DNA from: Octopus sinensis
Lineage: Eukaryota
Direction: 5' to 3'
DNA: 64,000 nucleotides
Assembly: GCF_006345805.1 (NCBI RefSeq)
Contig: NC_042999.1
Location: forward strand, 44,888,001 to 44,952,000
The notes under the pieces were generated by a model that was given only the letters and a program-made list of their open reading frames with translations, did no database searches and was not told the DNA's origin. Position numbers and translations under genes: made by a program. Each line of letters opens with the position of its first letter. Position 1 is the first letter of the stretch. This document shows, in pieces, positions 23,910 to 37,531 of the stretch.

Positions 23910-26900
23910 ATAACTGAGATGCTTTTCCCCATTCTGTGCTATAGACTTCTGTCTCTCATTAGATCAGTTTCATGTTGAATGTCCCTGTCAATGAAATTCA
24001 CTCACAAGACATTAGCCACCCAGGGACTGCACTTGTGCAAGTTACTATGCAGTGGTGCTGAACAAGAAACAACATGGTTGAGAAATAAACTTCTTAAACA
24101 ATATAACCAGGCCTGTATGTGTTAGGTATTTTACAGCAGAATATGTCTTAAAATATTACCTCAGATGACAACAAGAAGACTCTCTTTTTGGACAATGGTT
24201 CGATTGTACAATGTTTGTGTCGAAACTACGATTTTGTATGGTAGAAAATTATGGGGCCTAAATGCTTTGTGTGTGCCAATGATGGGGAAAAACTGAAGCA
24301 AGGATGATCCATTAGATGGGTAATATCACTGTATATAAATGATGAGGTACAAATGAGCTGATATAAAAATCTAAAGCATGTGGTTAGTTCAGTCGGATAT
24401 AAAGTGTCTTACTTCTATTCCTATTCTTTTGTTTTTTTACTTAGCTAGGGAGAAAGGGAGTATCCATGACCCTCTGCCAGGCCCTGGAAACTGATGTAAA
24501 GGAAATAGGAAGGTATTCTCAAAGTGAAGCTCTGACCTGAATGCTTGCAGCAGAGTAGGCTTCTCCAGTAAAGGCACCCAAATAGGCCACAGTGAGATGC
24601 ATTTGAACTCAGAACAGATAAGTTTTTGACAGACCACTGTATTAGTACAGATATGTAATGCATAAGGACGATTCTTGTTGAGTAAAAAAAAATGGCAAGG
24701 GATCCATATAGAAGGAAACTGTAGGAAAGGACGACATAGTCAGAAGTAGCGAAAGTTGATCTCAAGATGTTGAACCTCAAAGGAATACGAGTAACAGGTT
24801 TTGTTGGAGAGGATGTACCTAAACCAGCAAGCATGGAAAAGTAAATACAAAAATGATGATGATGGCAATGGTGATGATGATGATGATGATGACTATATAT
24901 ATAGATATTTGAAGCAAGAATATTTTCTGATTTACTGTGATGCATATTACAAATGGTTAAGATTTTCATTCCTCATAAGATGGAATCACATATGTACTTG
25001 TACTCAAACCCTGATTGAACTGCAAACCATTAGTTCAGGCAGGTTCCAATATACTATTTATTATACTACAGACCAGTATGTGATGCATGTAAATACCCTC
25101 TGAGGCCCCAAAAGACTTCTTAAGAGTCAGGCTCTGGGTTTTGCATAAAAAGTAGATGAGGGTCAACTTTTTTACTGGATACAAATGTAAAGAAGACAAC
25201 ATTTTTCAGTGATGTCTCCTACGGTCATATGTACAACACAGTTTTGCTTTACAATAACAACATTACAAATCAACCTGAACAATATTACTAAACAAAGACC
25301 TAAAGAAGATCAATATCACTGAATGAAGATATATGCCATGACACAAATCACTGAGTGTGTTAGGGGAAAAATTGTCGGTAAGACTACAAACTATGAGACA
25401 CTTCTGTTAGCTGATAAAGGTGGAAAACGAAGTGACTTGATCGTGTAACAACACTGTTTTGCATAAATGTTCATGCATGGATAAGTCTTAATGAAAGAAA
25501 TTGTATATATGATGATCATAAATGGAGAGGTTGAGCAACCTCACAGAATAGACAGGAAAACATAAGTTGGCTGATGACCAGGAAAGACAGAGGGAAGAGG
25601 ATGTGTCTGTTGTTGTGTATCTAAGGTCTCCCTAGGTTTCAGAAATCGATAATTTGATTGATAGGTGGCTTTTAGCAAGTTCTCCCCCACCAAGTAGTAG
25701 TAATTATTTCTAATGTAGACACAAGGCCATTAATTTTAGAGAGAGATGGGGAGCACTCGATTATATTAACTCCAGTACTTGACAGGTAGTTTATATTATC
25801 ATCCCTAGAGGGATGAAGGGCAAAATTGACTTCGATAGGGTTCGAACTCAGAAAGTAAAGAGCTGGAACTAATACTGCAGGGTATTTTTTCTATTTTTTA
25901 ATGATTCTGTCACATCCCCCATCTCCCACACAAGTGTTAATAATTAAAAAGAAGTACTGCGTCTGGTTAGTTCAGTGGGATATAAAGAGTCTTACTACTG
26001 TTTTTTTATTTTATTATTTTTGTTGTTGCTTAGCCAGGGTAAAGACCCTATGCTGAGCCTTGGAAACTGATATAAAGGAAGAAGGTTTCCTCAAACTGGA
26101 GACATGACTTGGATGCCTGCTGCAACAGAGTAAGTTTCTCTAGTAAAGGAACCCAAAGAGTTGGTGGATTAAATCTACTGTCAAAATAAGCCTAGACTTC
26201 AAAGCTTTCAGATTTTGGCACAAGGCCAGCAATTTTTGGAGAGGGTGTAAGTCAATTAAATTGACCTCTATGTTCAACTGGTATTTGTTTTATCAACTCT
26301 GCAATGATGGAAGGTAAAGTGGACCCTGGCAGAATTTGAACTAAGAATGTGAAGATGGATGAAATGCCACTGAGCATTTTATCTGGCATACTCTTTCACT
26401 CTTTTACTTGTTTCAGTCATTTGACTGTGGCCATGCTGGAGCACCGCCTTTAGTTGAACAAATCGACCCCTGGACTTATTCTTTGTAATAACTTCATTTG
26501 ATTGTAAACCCTGGAGTTAAGCTCATTCATGGGTCCTAGCTATCAGACAGGCAGTAATCCATTGACTATTTTATCAAACACATACCTGAAAGTCCACAAA
26601 TATTTGCTGAGGCTTCACAATTATAAACAAAGAGAATGGAGCAAGCAACTTTTATACATAATTCTGAAGAGTGGAATTGTGAAATGTGACAATGACGCTT
26701 CGTGAATAAATACTTACATATGTTATTGTATTATATAGCAAATTTATTGTTTTTACATGAATTCCATATGATTACAATTGTTTCATAATCTTCTCTATGT
26801 AGTATTATTAATTTCAACATTCCAAGTCATATACAAATCATATGCATTCAAATCATATACATTCATTTTTCCTCGATATACATACATAATACAACTGTAT

Positions 26901-27693
26901 ATTCACATAGTGATGTATATAAGAGAAAACTAACTCATCTGTTCATATATACTGGAACATCATTGATACATCCACTATTTAACTCTGTTACACAAACAAG
27001 ACTCACTCACTTTATACAAAATGTATGGAAAACCAAAATTGGAGGTAGATACAATAATTCGCTTTATATAAGAAACAATTATTGAAAAAAAACAGTAAAT
27101 AGTCCTGCTAAGTGACATTTTTCCCCAAATGAGCCCTCTTAAACATGGCCTTACTGGAAACAAACAAAAAGAATTACAGATATTTTACTATGCAAAGCAA
27201 ACATGACAAAAATATACCATGGCAAGTTAATTGATGCCAATCATTAAAAACAAAACCAAAACAAAATTCCTCATACCAAAAACATGATTGGAAACCACAG
27301 CAATCAAAGTTTATAGGATTATCATTAAATTGCAGATGGAGACAGTCAAATGCTGAAGTCAACCAGAAAATTGTAATTGATAGTTATGGATGGTCCTTTG
27401 CAGACAGATTGACAGAACAAAAGTGAGATAGACTTGAAAAATTTATGCATGAATACGTACATATATATCATCGTTTAATGTCTGATTTCCATGTTGGCAT
27501 AGGTTGGACAGTTTGATAGAAAACTGGTAAGCCAGGGAGCTGCACCAGGTTCCAATCTGATTTGGCAAGGTTTCTATGGCTGGATGCCCTTTCTAACACC
27601 AATCATTCCATGAGTGTAGTGGGTGTTTTTTATGTGCCACCAGCACAGGTACCATTGGTCTGACACCAGTACCAGCCACGTATATATATATAT

Positions 27694-28105
27694 AGGTGCA
27701 GGAGTGGCTGTGTGGTAAGTAGCTTGCTAACCAACCACATGGTTCCGGGTTCAGTCCCACTGCGTGGCATCTTGGGCAAGTGTCTTCTGCTATAGCCCCA
27801 GGCCGACCAATGCCTTGTGAGTGGATTTGGTAGATGGAAACTGAAAAGAAGCCTGTCGTATATATGTATATATATATATGTATGTGTGTGTGTTTGTGTG
27901 TCTGTCTTTGTTCCCCTAGCATTGCTTGACAACCGATGCTGGTGTGTTTACGTCCCCGTCACTTAGTGGTTCGGCAAAAAGAGACCGATAGAATAAGTAC
28001 TGGGCTTACAAAAAGAATAAGTCCCGGGGTCGAGTTGCTCGACTAAAGGCGATGCTCCAGCATGGCCACAGTCAAATGACTGAAACAAGTAAAAGAGTAA
28101 AGAAA
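27694..28105 (+). mobile_element. SINE family A, young full-length copy
   Basis: CpG-rich, intact head and tail. Confidence 0.9.
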
Positions 28106-28254
28106 AAAAAGAGTATATATATATATATATATATACACATGCATATATAGGTACAGGATGTCACCAATGGTGCAACTAACATGAAATACGTAAACAATGA
28201 GGGAAAAATTTAGTGAAATACATAAATATGTATATATATGTATATATGATTCCA

Positions 28255-28660
28255 GAACATCCCGCTGTGCTTGAGGAGACCTATTGAGTCAAGTGCACGA
28301 ACATTGAAATAAATATCAATGGAAATAGTAGTTGTGATACCTGTGCCGGTGGCACATAAAAAGCACCATCCAAACGTGGCCGATGCCAGTGCCGCCCCGA
28401 CAGGCTTCTGTGCCGGTGGCACGTTAAAAGCACCAACCGATTGTGGTCACTGCTAGACTCCCCTGGCACCTATGCCTGTGGCACGTAAAAAGCACCCACT
28501 ACACTCGCGGAGTGGCTGGTGTTAGGAAGGGCATCAAGCTGTAGAAACACTGCCAGATCAGACTGGAGCCTGGTGCAGCCCCTGGCTTCCCAGACCCCGG
28601 TCGAACCGTCCAACCCATGCTAGCGCGGAAAACGGACGTTAACCGATGATGATGATGATG
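28255..28660 (+). mobile_element. Repeat family C with tandem gtgccggtggcacg.aaaagcacc subunits
   Basis: Three subunits, then the family C tail and (GAT)n. Confidence 0.8.
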
Positions 28661-29677
28661 ATATATATATATATAAATAATATATATATATCTGTGTGTA
28701 TATATATGTGTGTGTGTGTGTGTATATATATATACACACACATATATTTATATGTGAGTGTGTCTTTGTGTTCCTGCCACCATTGCTTGACAGCTGATGT
28801 TGGTGTGTTTATGTCCCTGTAGCTTAGCAGAAAGACCAACAAAATAAGTACTAGGTTTACAAAGAATAAGTTGTGGGGTTGATTTCTTTGACTTAAAACC
28901 CCTTTGAGGTGGTGCTCCAGCATGGACGCAGTCAAATGACTGAAACAAGTAAAAGACTAAAAGAATATATGTGTGTGTGCGTGCGTGTAAGTGAAAGTTG
29001 TGACTTCTGTTTATTGCGTGAGATAAAGATATGAATATATATAAAAAATTAATAAATAGCATTGTTATGTTTACATTCCAAGTAAACATTACCACCTGTA
29101 GTTCATCACTTTTGAAGTAACGGAATAAAAAAAAATCCTGCACTTGTAAAACAGATAAACAGATAACAGGTTGGGGACCGGAAGAGCAATCACACTGTAA
29201 AATACCACCTCAAATAAGTCTTTGTCCAATAGATGGTAGCACAGGAAAAAAAAAAAGCACGTGTAAAATGAATGACTGGATAAGTGAACAATATCCAGAG
29301 CATGAAAAAGAGAGAAAGAGATAGTTATAGACAGAGAGAGATATGTAGACAGAGTGCGAGAGTGAGAAAGAGCGAGAGAGCAAATTTCTTGTTTAAAACA
29401 ATTGTATTCATCAGTACCAGTGACCATATTTGGCTACTGCTAACTTTGAAATCACGACAACTCTCTATATATTATTTACAGCACACAGTCTCTGTAGTAT
29501 GTGCTGCAGTGGAAAAAGATTGCAGTTGATCATTGATTAAATAATTAGCTATTACCAATATAAATAAATAAATAGATAAATAAATAAATAAATAAACTGA
29601 AAATGAGAAAAAAATCAAAAATACAAATTGAAACAAAAATAAAAACACCACCACCACCACCACCACCATCATTATTA

Positions 29678-29720
<43 letters not shown>

Positions 29721-29914
29721 CATTAATTGCTTATTTAATTATTTTTGTATTTTTGATTTCTATTCTTTTAAGCAGTACTCTAATGATAGCCACCCGTATT
29801 GAAATTGGATACATTTTAATCGATTTATCATTGCTTTCAAAACTACTTACCTAGAATATCTAACTTCGATTAAAATGGCATTAAATCTTCAGAATATATC
29901 ATTCACAACACTGA

Positions 29915-29967
<53 letters not shown>

Positions 29968-30401
29968 AATACACACACACATACATACATACATGCATAT
30001 ATATATGCCCGTGAGCTGAAACTAGAATCAATCAATCAATCATATATATATATATGTATATATATCTATATATATATATATTATATAATATATATCTATA
30101 TCTATCTATCTATCTATATATATATATATATACACCGCTCCCCCATGCACACAGACATATATGTGTATATAGTTGGTTGGTTGATTTCTCCAGTAACACT
30201 TTACAATGTCTCAAGAGATGGGAAGGTGTGAAAGAAAAATACCAAGGAAGTTAACATAAGACGTGCACAATGAGTGTACTTATTAGGCTTGATGGCAGAA
30301 AATGAGTAAATGAAAGCTTCAACACTCACACAAACGCTGAAAGAGAAAGAATCGTTGAGAGAGAGAGCGAGAGATTAATGTGTGTGTGTGTGTGTCTGTG
30401 T

Positions 30402-30725
30402 GAAGGTGCATAGGTCAGTGGTTAGAGTGTCAGTCTCACAATCATGAGGTAGAGAGTTCAATTCCTGAACCAGGCTGTGTGTTGTGTTCTTGAGCAAGAG
30501 ACTTTATTTTACATTGCTGCAGTTAACTCAGCTGTAAAAATGAATTGCAATGTTACTGGTTCCAAGCTCTATTGGCCTTTGCCTTTCCCTTGAATAACAT
30601 CGGTAGCATGGAGAGGAGAGGCTGGTATGCTTGGGTGACTGCTGGTCTTCCAGACTTGTACCTCAGAGGGGAACTTTCTAGGTGCAATCCCATAATTATT
30701 TATGACCGAAGGGGGTCTTTACCTT
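30402..30725 (+). mobile_element. tRNA-derived SINE family D
   Basis: gaaggtgcataggtcagtggttagag..gagttcaattcc..gtgttcttgagcaagagacttt; related to 43250-43575. Confidence 0.75.
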
Positions 30726-30793
30726 ATGTGTATATATATAAATATATATATATATGTGCGTGTGTGTGTGTGTGTGTGTGTGTTGTGTGTGTG

Positions 30794-30836
<43 letters not shown>

Positions 30837-30847
30837 ATATGCACACA

Positions 30848-31400
30848 TCATCGTCATCATCATCATCATCATCATTTAATGTCCGCTTTCCATGCTAGCA
30901 TGGGTTGGACGATTTGACTGAGGACTGGCGAACCAGATGGCTGCACCAGGCTTCAATCTGGTCTGGCAGATTTTCTACAGCTGGATGCCCTTCCTAATGC
31001 CAACCACTCTGAGAGTCTAGTAGGTGCTTTTATGTGCCACCAGCATGAGGGCCAGTCAGGAGGTACTGGCAATGGCCACGCTCAAATGGTGTTTTTTACA
31101 TGCCACCTGTACAAAAGCCAGTCCAGGTACTGGCAACCGCCACACTCAAATGGTGTTTTTTATGTGCCACCTGCACAGGAGCCAGTCTAACGGCACTGGC
31201 AACGATCTCATTCAAATGTTTTTTCACGTGCCACCGGCACAAGTGCTAGTAAGGCGAGGCTGGTAACGATCACGCTAAAATGGTGCTTTTTACGTGCCAC
31301 CAGCATGGAAGCCAGTTTGCTGCTCTGGCAATGATCATGCTCGGATGGTGCTTTTAGTGCTCCACTAGCACGGTTACCAGTCATCGAATTTGATTTCGAT
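30848..31400 (-). mobile_element. Repeat family C with about 7 tandem subunits
   Basis: ggtgctttt(t)a(c/t)gtgccacc repeated about every 50 bp. Confidence 0.8.
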
Positions 31401-31450
31401 ATATATATATATATATAAATAGAGAGAGAGAGAGAAAGAGAGAGAGAGAA

Positions 31451-31484
<34 letters not shown>

Positions 31485-31667
31485 TGTGTGTGTGTGTGTG
31501 TTTGTACTTCTATAACATATTGTTATTCACTTCACTATTTTGTAAAAGCATATAATTGCATATATGTCATATTTCCTGATATTGTCCATGTTGACAAAAG
31601 TATACTTCCAAAGTTATCAATCCATTGACGGGCGACACTCATCTCTGTTTAATAATAGCCAATACTA

Positions 31668-32055
31668 AGGCGGTGAATTGGCAGAAGTGTTAGCATGCCA
31701 GGCAAAATGCTTAGTGGTATTTCGTCTCTCTTTACGTTCTGAGTTCAAATTCTGCTGAGGTCGACTTTGCCTTTCATCCTTTCAGGGTCAATGAATTAAA
31801 TACCAGTTGCGTACTAGGGTCGATCTAATCGACTGGTCTAGAGTGGAAAAGAATAACAGGTGATGAACTGGCTGAATCATTAATATGTTGGGCAAAATAC
31901 TTTGTGACATTTTGCTTGTCTTTATGTTGACTTTGCTGTTCACCCTTTCAGTGTTGATAAAATAAGTACCAGTTGAATACTGGGGTTGATGTAATTGACT
32001 TACCCCACTTCCCACCAAAAAAATTGCTGGCGTTGTGCCAAAACGTGAAATCAAT
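31668..32055 (+). mobile_element. Two tandem SINE family B copies
   Basis: Heads at about 31668 and 31858; aataatagc(c/t)aat on both flanks. Confidence 0.8.
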
Positions 32056-33540
32056 AATAGCTAATGTAAATGGCAGTTGGTCAATTGGTTGGTCAATTTC
32101 TCCAGCTATGCTTTATATGCAGTGTGAGTGCACATACTAGGCTTGGTGGCTGGCAATGAGTAAAGGAAATTTACGTACATACAGAAAAACAAGAGGAGGA
32201 GGAGGAGGAGAGAAAAACAGGAAATGAATGGTGAAATAGTTATGGGAGGAGTTATACAAATAAAAAATAATTTGTTTTATGTAATTTTATTTTAAGATAT
32301 TTGATATCTTTTTTTTAAAATTTGCATTAATTGCACCAAGAAATTTGATAGAAGTCGAATTATAATTATTTCATGAATAGTCATATTTCTGACATTATTC
32401 ATGGTGGCAGAAGAATTCAACCAAAATTACCTGTCATATAACAAGTAATATTATATTAATAATACGTATGATTTTCATCACTCAAAGTTAGTGATATGAT
32501 GCTTTGTCCAGACTTTACATGTGTAGCATCATCACCATCACCATCTCATCATCATCATCATCATCATCTGGAGATGAATTTGTTTTCTTGAGTTTTAGAA
32601 AGAGGATGTTTCAGGAGCAGTTGGGATGTTCTTTGTTACTTTGAATCTGTATGTGTGTGTATATATGTGAGTGTATTTATGTGTGTATGTATATGTGTGT
32701 GGTGAATTTTTGGAGGCCTCGTTAGAGAGAGAAAAAAGAAAGAAAAACAGGAAAAAAGAAAGAGGAAAGGAAAACAAAAGAAAGGGAGGGGTGTTTTTCT
32801 GGGATGGTTGATATTGATGACGGGTCAAAAAGTCAAATTTGTCAGTCAGTCAAATTTGTGTGACTGATATTATTTTCGATCAGTTATCATATTATCCAAC
32901 TGTAGAAAATAGAATCTACTAAATTGTTTTGGAAAGTTTTTAAGAGAGAAAGAGAGAGAGAGAGTATTGGTTGGTTAAGAGTATGTTTAAGAGTATATTT
33001 AAGAGTATGTGTATGACAGAGTGTACGTTGGTTGGTTAAGTGAATTTTTCTAGTTATTTTAGTAGCAGTAATGAGAACATTATTAATAATAATATTCAGT
33101 GGTAATCTGATTTGGTTCATCTGGAAGATAAATTTTTTTAACAAGGATTTCTCATGTGCTTAAAAATATATTTTTTATATGTTTAATTTAGGTAAAAAAA
33201 TTTCTATAAAATGTAGTTCCATTGCCTTCCGATACTTTGGATCATCCCTTGGGCATTTTTAGAAAGGAAATATCGTGAATCTGCTGTTTCCGCATATTTC
33301 CAGATGCTTAGTCAGCAGAATCTTATGTAATTCTTTTTGTCTGATGATATGTTGCTACAGGGTGATGCACAAGCAGTTAGCTCTGGGTGTATTGCATCTT
33401 ATAGAAGAAACAAGTGTAATAATGAAATTTATTGCATTATTTATTGTTCCTTGTCATTTATTTAATTTCATATTCATGCTCAGTACTCAACTAATTTATT
33501 CCGAAGCCTATGTACATTGAGTTCTGACACCAGGGTATTA

Positions 33541-33925
33541 CCATATATACCCATGGCTAGGCCGCACCAGTGGATAGGTCACACCAGTGGATAGGTCACA
33601 CCAGTGGATAGGTCGTACCAGTGGAGAGGTCTCACCCTTAGTTAGGAGTTGTCAAAGTAGATATTTCTGGTTGACTCACTGATAGAATGCCCTATAATCT
33701 GAGGAGTTACGTGGCCCTTTTATATTGTAATTATTTAGGCATAGGAGTGGCTGTGTGATAAGTAGCTTGCCTACCAACCACATGGTTCCAGGTTCAGTCC
33801 CACTGCGTGGCACCTTGGGCAGGTGTCTTCTACTATAGCCTTGGGCTGACCAAAGCCTTGTGAGTGGATTTGGTAGACAGAAACTGAAAGAGGCCCATTG
33901 TATGTATGTATATATATATATATAC

Positions 33926-34000
<75 letters not shown>

Positions 34001-34450
34001 TTGTGTGTCTGTGTTTGTCCCCCCAACATTGCTTGACAACCGATGCTGGTGTGTTTACGTCCCCTGTAACTTAGCGGTTCAGCAAAATAGACCAATAGAA
34101 TAAGTACTAGGCTTACAAAGAATAAGTCCTGGGGGTCGATTTGCTCGACTAAAGGCGATGATCCAGCATGGCTACAGTCAAATGACTGAAACAAGTAAAA
34201 GAGTAAAAGAGATTTGATAATATTTGTTTATCAAATATTCACCTTCATTTCAAAACTTTACTTATAAATATTAAGACATTTTTGCAGAAGTGACTTTATG
34301 AAAGTAGTCTAATTGATAATCAGCTCAACTACTGATATGCCACCTTTTACTTCAGATCCTTACGTGATGTCAAGTGGATAGGTCACACACCTGATTTTTA
34401 TTGAAATTTTCGGTAAATCAAAGCGGGACCTATCTGCGAGTATGTAAGAA
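33541..34450. mobile_element. Tc2/pogo-like MITE with 17 bp subterminal repeats, interrupted by SINE A (33737-34210)
   Basis: ta|ccatatatacccatggctaggccgcacc, then (caccagtggataggtca)x4; right end gggacctatctgcgagtatgta. Confidence 0.5.
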
Positions 34451-34992
34451 CGTCCTGAAAATTTTTATAGTCCCAGATATCATGATACAAATGTTTCTTA
34501 GAATAAAAATAAATAAAACAAATTTCTTGTATCACTCCTCCCATCACTACTTTGTTATTTATTCTCTCTCTCTCTCTCATCTGCTCTCTCTCGCTCTTTC
34601 TCTCTCTCTCTCTCTCTGCTTCTGTCCTGTTTCCATGATTCTTTCTCTTTTACTCTCTGCATGTGTGTATGTAATGTTCCCTTACCCCTGCTCATCTTAT
34701 GTTAACTTTCTCTACAAGTGGATCCTCTGGGTGTTTTTCTCATTGCAACAGCACAAGTGAAGGTGCCATGTACCTTGCAAGACCATGGATTTCAAGTAAT
34801 GCAGCTTTGTGCTAGGAAATGGAGGGTTAAAACATGATATGCTATCATTTTCAGCATGGTGTAAGTGGAAAGTTAACAGTGAGTAGTATTTCATTGAACC
34901 TGATATGAATATAATAGTAATTGTGAAGCATTGAACTATCCAATAACATCAATAGCAAATGTCTACACATTCACACACACATGTATATATAT

Positions 34993-35200
34993 ATATAACG
35001 GGAAGCTTTATGAAAATAAACAAAAGACGAAGGCAGGTGGAATACAAACAAACAATTGTATTAGTATGGTGCTCAGGAATATAAATAAAACAAGTCTTTT
35101 ACGTTTCGAGCCTACGCTCAACAGAAAGATACACAAAAAAGAAACACGGAAAGAAACAAGGAGAGAGAAAAAATGCATGCAGAAGCTAGCGAATCAACAT
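34993..35200 (-). mobile_element. Penelope pseudo-LTR-like fragment with a damaged hammerhead (35096-35128)
   Basis: cttt-CTGTT-GAGC-gtag-GCTC-GAAA-cgta-aaag, inside (TA)n. A related fragment lies at 48452-48531. Confidence 0.5.
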
Positions 35201-35462
35201 GGATATATATATATATATATATAAAATTATAAATTAGGGTATCTACGACATACCACCATGCTGAAAATAGCAGCCATGATCTGACTCTAAAACCACCTTA
35301 AGTGTTCATATAGCAACATGGAGAGAAGACGAAAAGACAAGATGAAAACTAGTAAAAAAATTACTGGATTTTTATAATTTTAATAATTATTACCTTTGAA
35401 GGTTATTTTTTCCATGCTGGCCACTTGATAAGATCGTTATTTTTTTAAATTAACGATCTTAT

Positions 35463-35534
<72 letters not shown>

Positions 35535-36250
35535 TTATTTATATAAGTATGCATTATGTATGTGTATATCTATACCTATCTCTTTCTCCCTCTCTCTCCC
35601 TCATTCTCAATATATCACTACCCCCTCTCTCTGTCTCTCTGTCTCTGTCTCTGTCTCTGCCTCTGTCTGTCTGTCTCTCTCCCCATATATATATATATAT
35701 ATAGAAACAAACTTACTTAGAAATGGATGCATAAAACATATGCATATATACATACATATATGTACATACCTACATCTACATGTATATATACATGCATATA
35801 AACAGTCTGTGTTACTGTTATTCTCCTTGTCCTGTCTTTTACTGTTTATATTTTGTACTGTCTTTACTGTCCTGTTTTTGTTACCATTTTTACCCCTCCG
35901 CAAAAAAATCTCAAATTTTATTTAATTTGCCTTTTGCAGGAAGGAATGTTTCACCGAAGTCGTGTCTCGCCTTTACCTTCGAAACGCAGAGTAGATGAAA
36001 CTGAGACGACTGAAGAAGGGGAATTTTCCTTGTGTTCTATGTCCTGTACTCTATTTTTTCGTTGTTTAAGAAAAATGTCCATTTCCTTGGTTTTGTGTTT
36101 ATGTTTTTGTTTCTCATTGTGTTCGACGTTTTTTGGTGTCCTGTACCCATATATGCATGTATATATACATGAAAATGTAGGTACACACATATATGTTTGT
36201 ATATATGCATATGTTTTATTTATCAATTTGTTTATATATATATATATATA

Positions 36251-37309
36251 TCAGGCTGAGTAAAGAGTAAGCAGCATCTTGAAACGTGAAATTTATCACA
36301 ATGTATTTCAACAATATGAAAATTTTATTCATCAAAGTAAATACCATTACAATCAACACATTTTTGTCAACGAATTACAAGTTTGTTTATTCCGGTAACA
36401 AGTTCTGGAGCTGATGAATTCTTTGAACGCACTTTCAGCATCAGTTTGATTTTTTAACTCTGTCTCACAGGAAACCATCAAGGTGATTGAAAAAGTGGTA
36501 GTCGATAGGAGAAAGGTCTAGGGAATAAGCTGGGTGGAGAACTTCGTCGCCAAGTTCCCTCATAACCTTCTTTTTGAAGAGCTTGGGTTTAGGGAAGGTT
36601 TTCAGTGCTTCATTTTAGTCCAACCACTGAGAAAGTATGTTTTCGATATTGTACAGAATCCACTTTTCATCACAGGTTACAATATGGGCGAGAAATGGAT
36701 CAGTCTGATTGTGGAGAAGAAGTGACAAGCAAATTTCATATTTGTGCATTTTCTGATTTTCATTCAAATAGTGTGGTACCCATTTGTCGATCATTTTTAA
36801 TTTTCTGATTGCATGCAAATGGTTGCACGCCGTTTTCTGGTTAACTCGAAGTTCTTTTGCCAGTTCTCAAGTGGTTTTACATGGATCTTTCTCAATGATG
36901 GTCTTTAATTGCCTGTCATTGATGACAGATGGACGTCCACTATGCTCACAATCTTCAAGGATCAGGTCTCTACTGTGAAATCGTTTAAGCCATTTTCAAA
37001 TTGACCTCTCACTGGTCATTTCTTCACCAAACATTTCATTGATATTGCGAGCAGTTTCAGCTGCTTTATGTCATTTTTTGAAGTTGAATAGCAAAATTGC
37101 TTGAACATCACACTTTGACAGTTCAATTTCAGATAATTATAACAATGGTGAAAAAAATATCAATGTTAATTTATTGATGCATTTGGGTAAGTCTATGTCT
37201 GTATTATCAGACAGTTTCAAAAAATGTTTTAAAAAATTTCAAAACTCTGCAAAAATTTGGTACAAATTCTTCATGGTTCAGAAGGTTGCTTACTTTTTAC
37301 TCAACTTGA
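36251..37309 (-). mobile_element. mariner transposon, internally deleted, both TIRs present
   Basis: TA|tcaggctgagtaaagagtaagcagc ... gttgcttactttttactcaacttga|TA. Motifs WVPHYL, VTCDEKW, AYSLDLSPIDYHFF, GIYFDE*. Confidence 0.92.
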
Positions 37310-37478
37310 TAGAAATATCTATACCTATCTCTCTCTCTCTCTCTCTCTCTCGCTCTCTCTCTCTATCTATCTATATATATATATATATATATATATAATA
37401 TGTATATATATACATACACACACGCACAAATATATATATATACACACACACATATGTATATGTATGTGTGTGTGTGTG

Positions 37479-37531
<53 letters not shown>

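Noticed and set aside
29090-29530. Possible promoter or first-exon region (CCGGAAG, CACGTG, GA repeats)
   Set aside because: Short motifs are expected by chance and there is no independent support.
29844-29854. tacttacct resembling the U1 snRNA 5' end
   Set aside because: No further U1 similarity; better explained as a minus-strand splice donor.
31025-31370. Constant-core/variable-part array resembling repeat-spacer organisation
   Set aside because: The variable parts resemble each other and the array is internal to retroposon family C.
35945-36030. GAAAC and CTGAAGA boxes in permuted order (possible type II hammerhead)
   Set aside because: I could not build three consistent stems by eye; it needs a family consensus.
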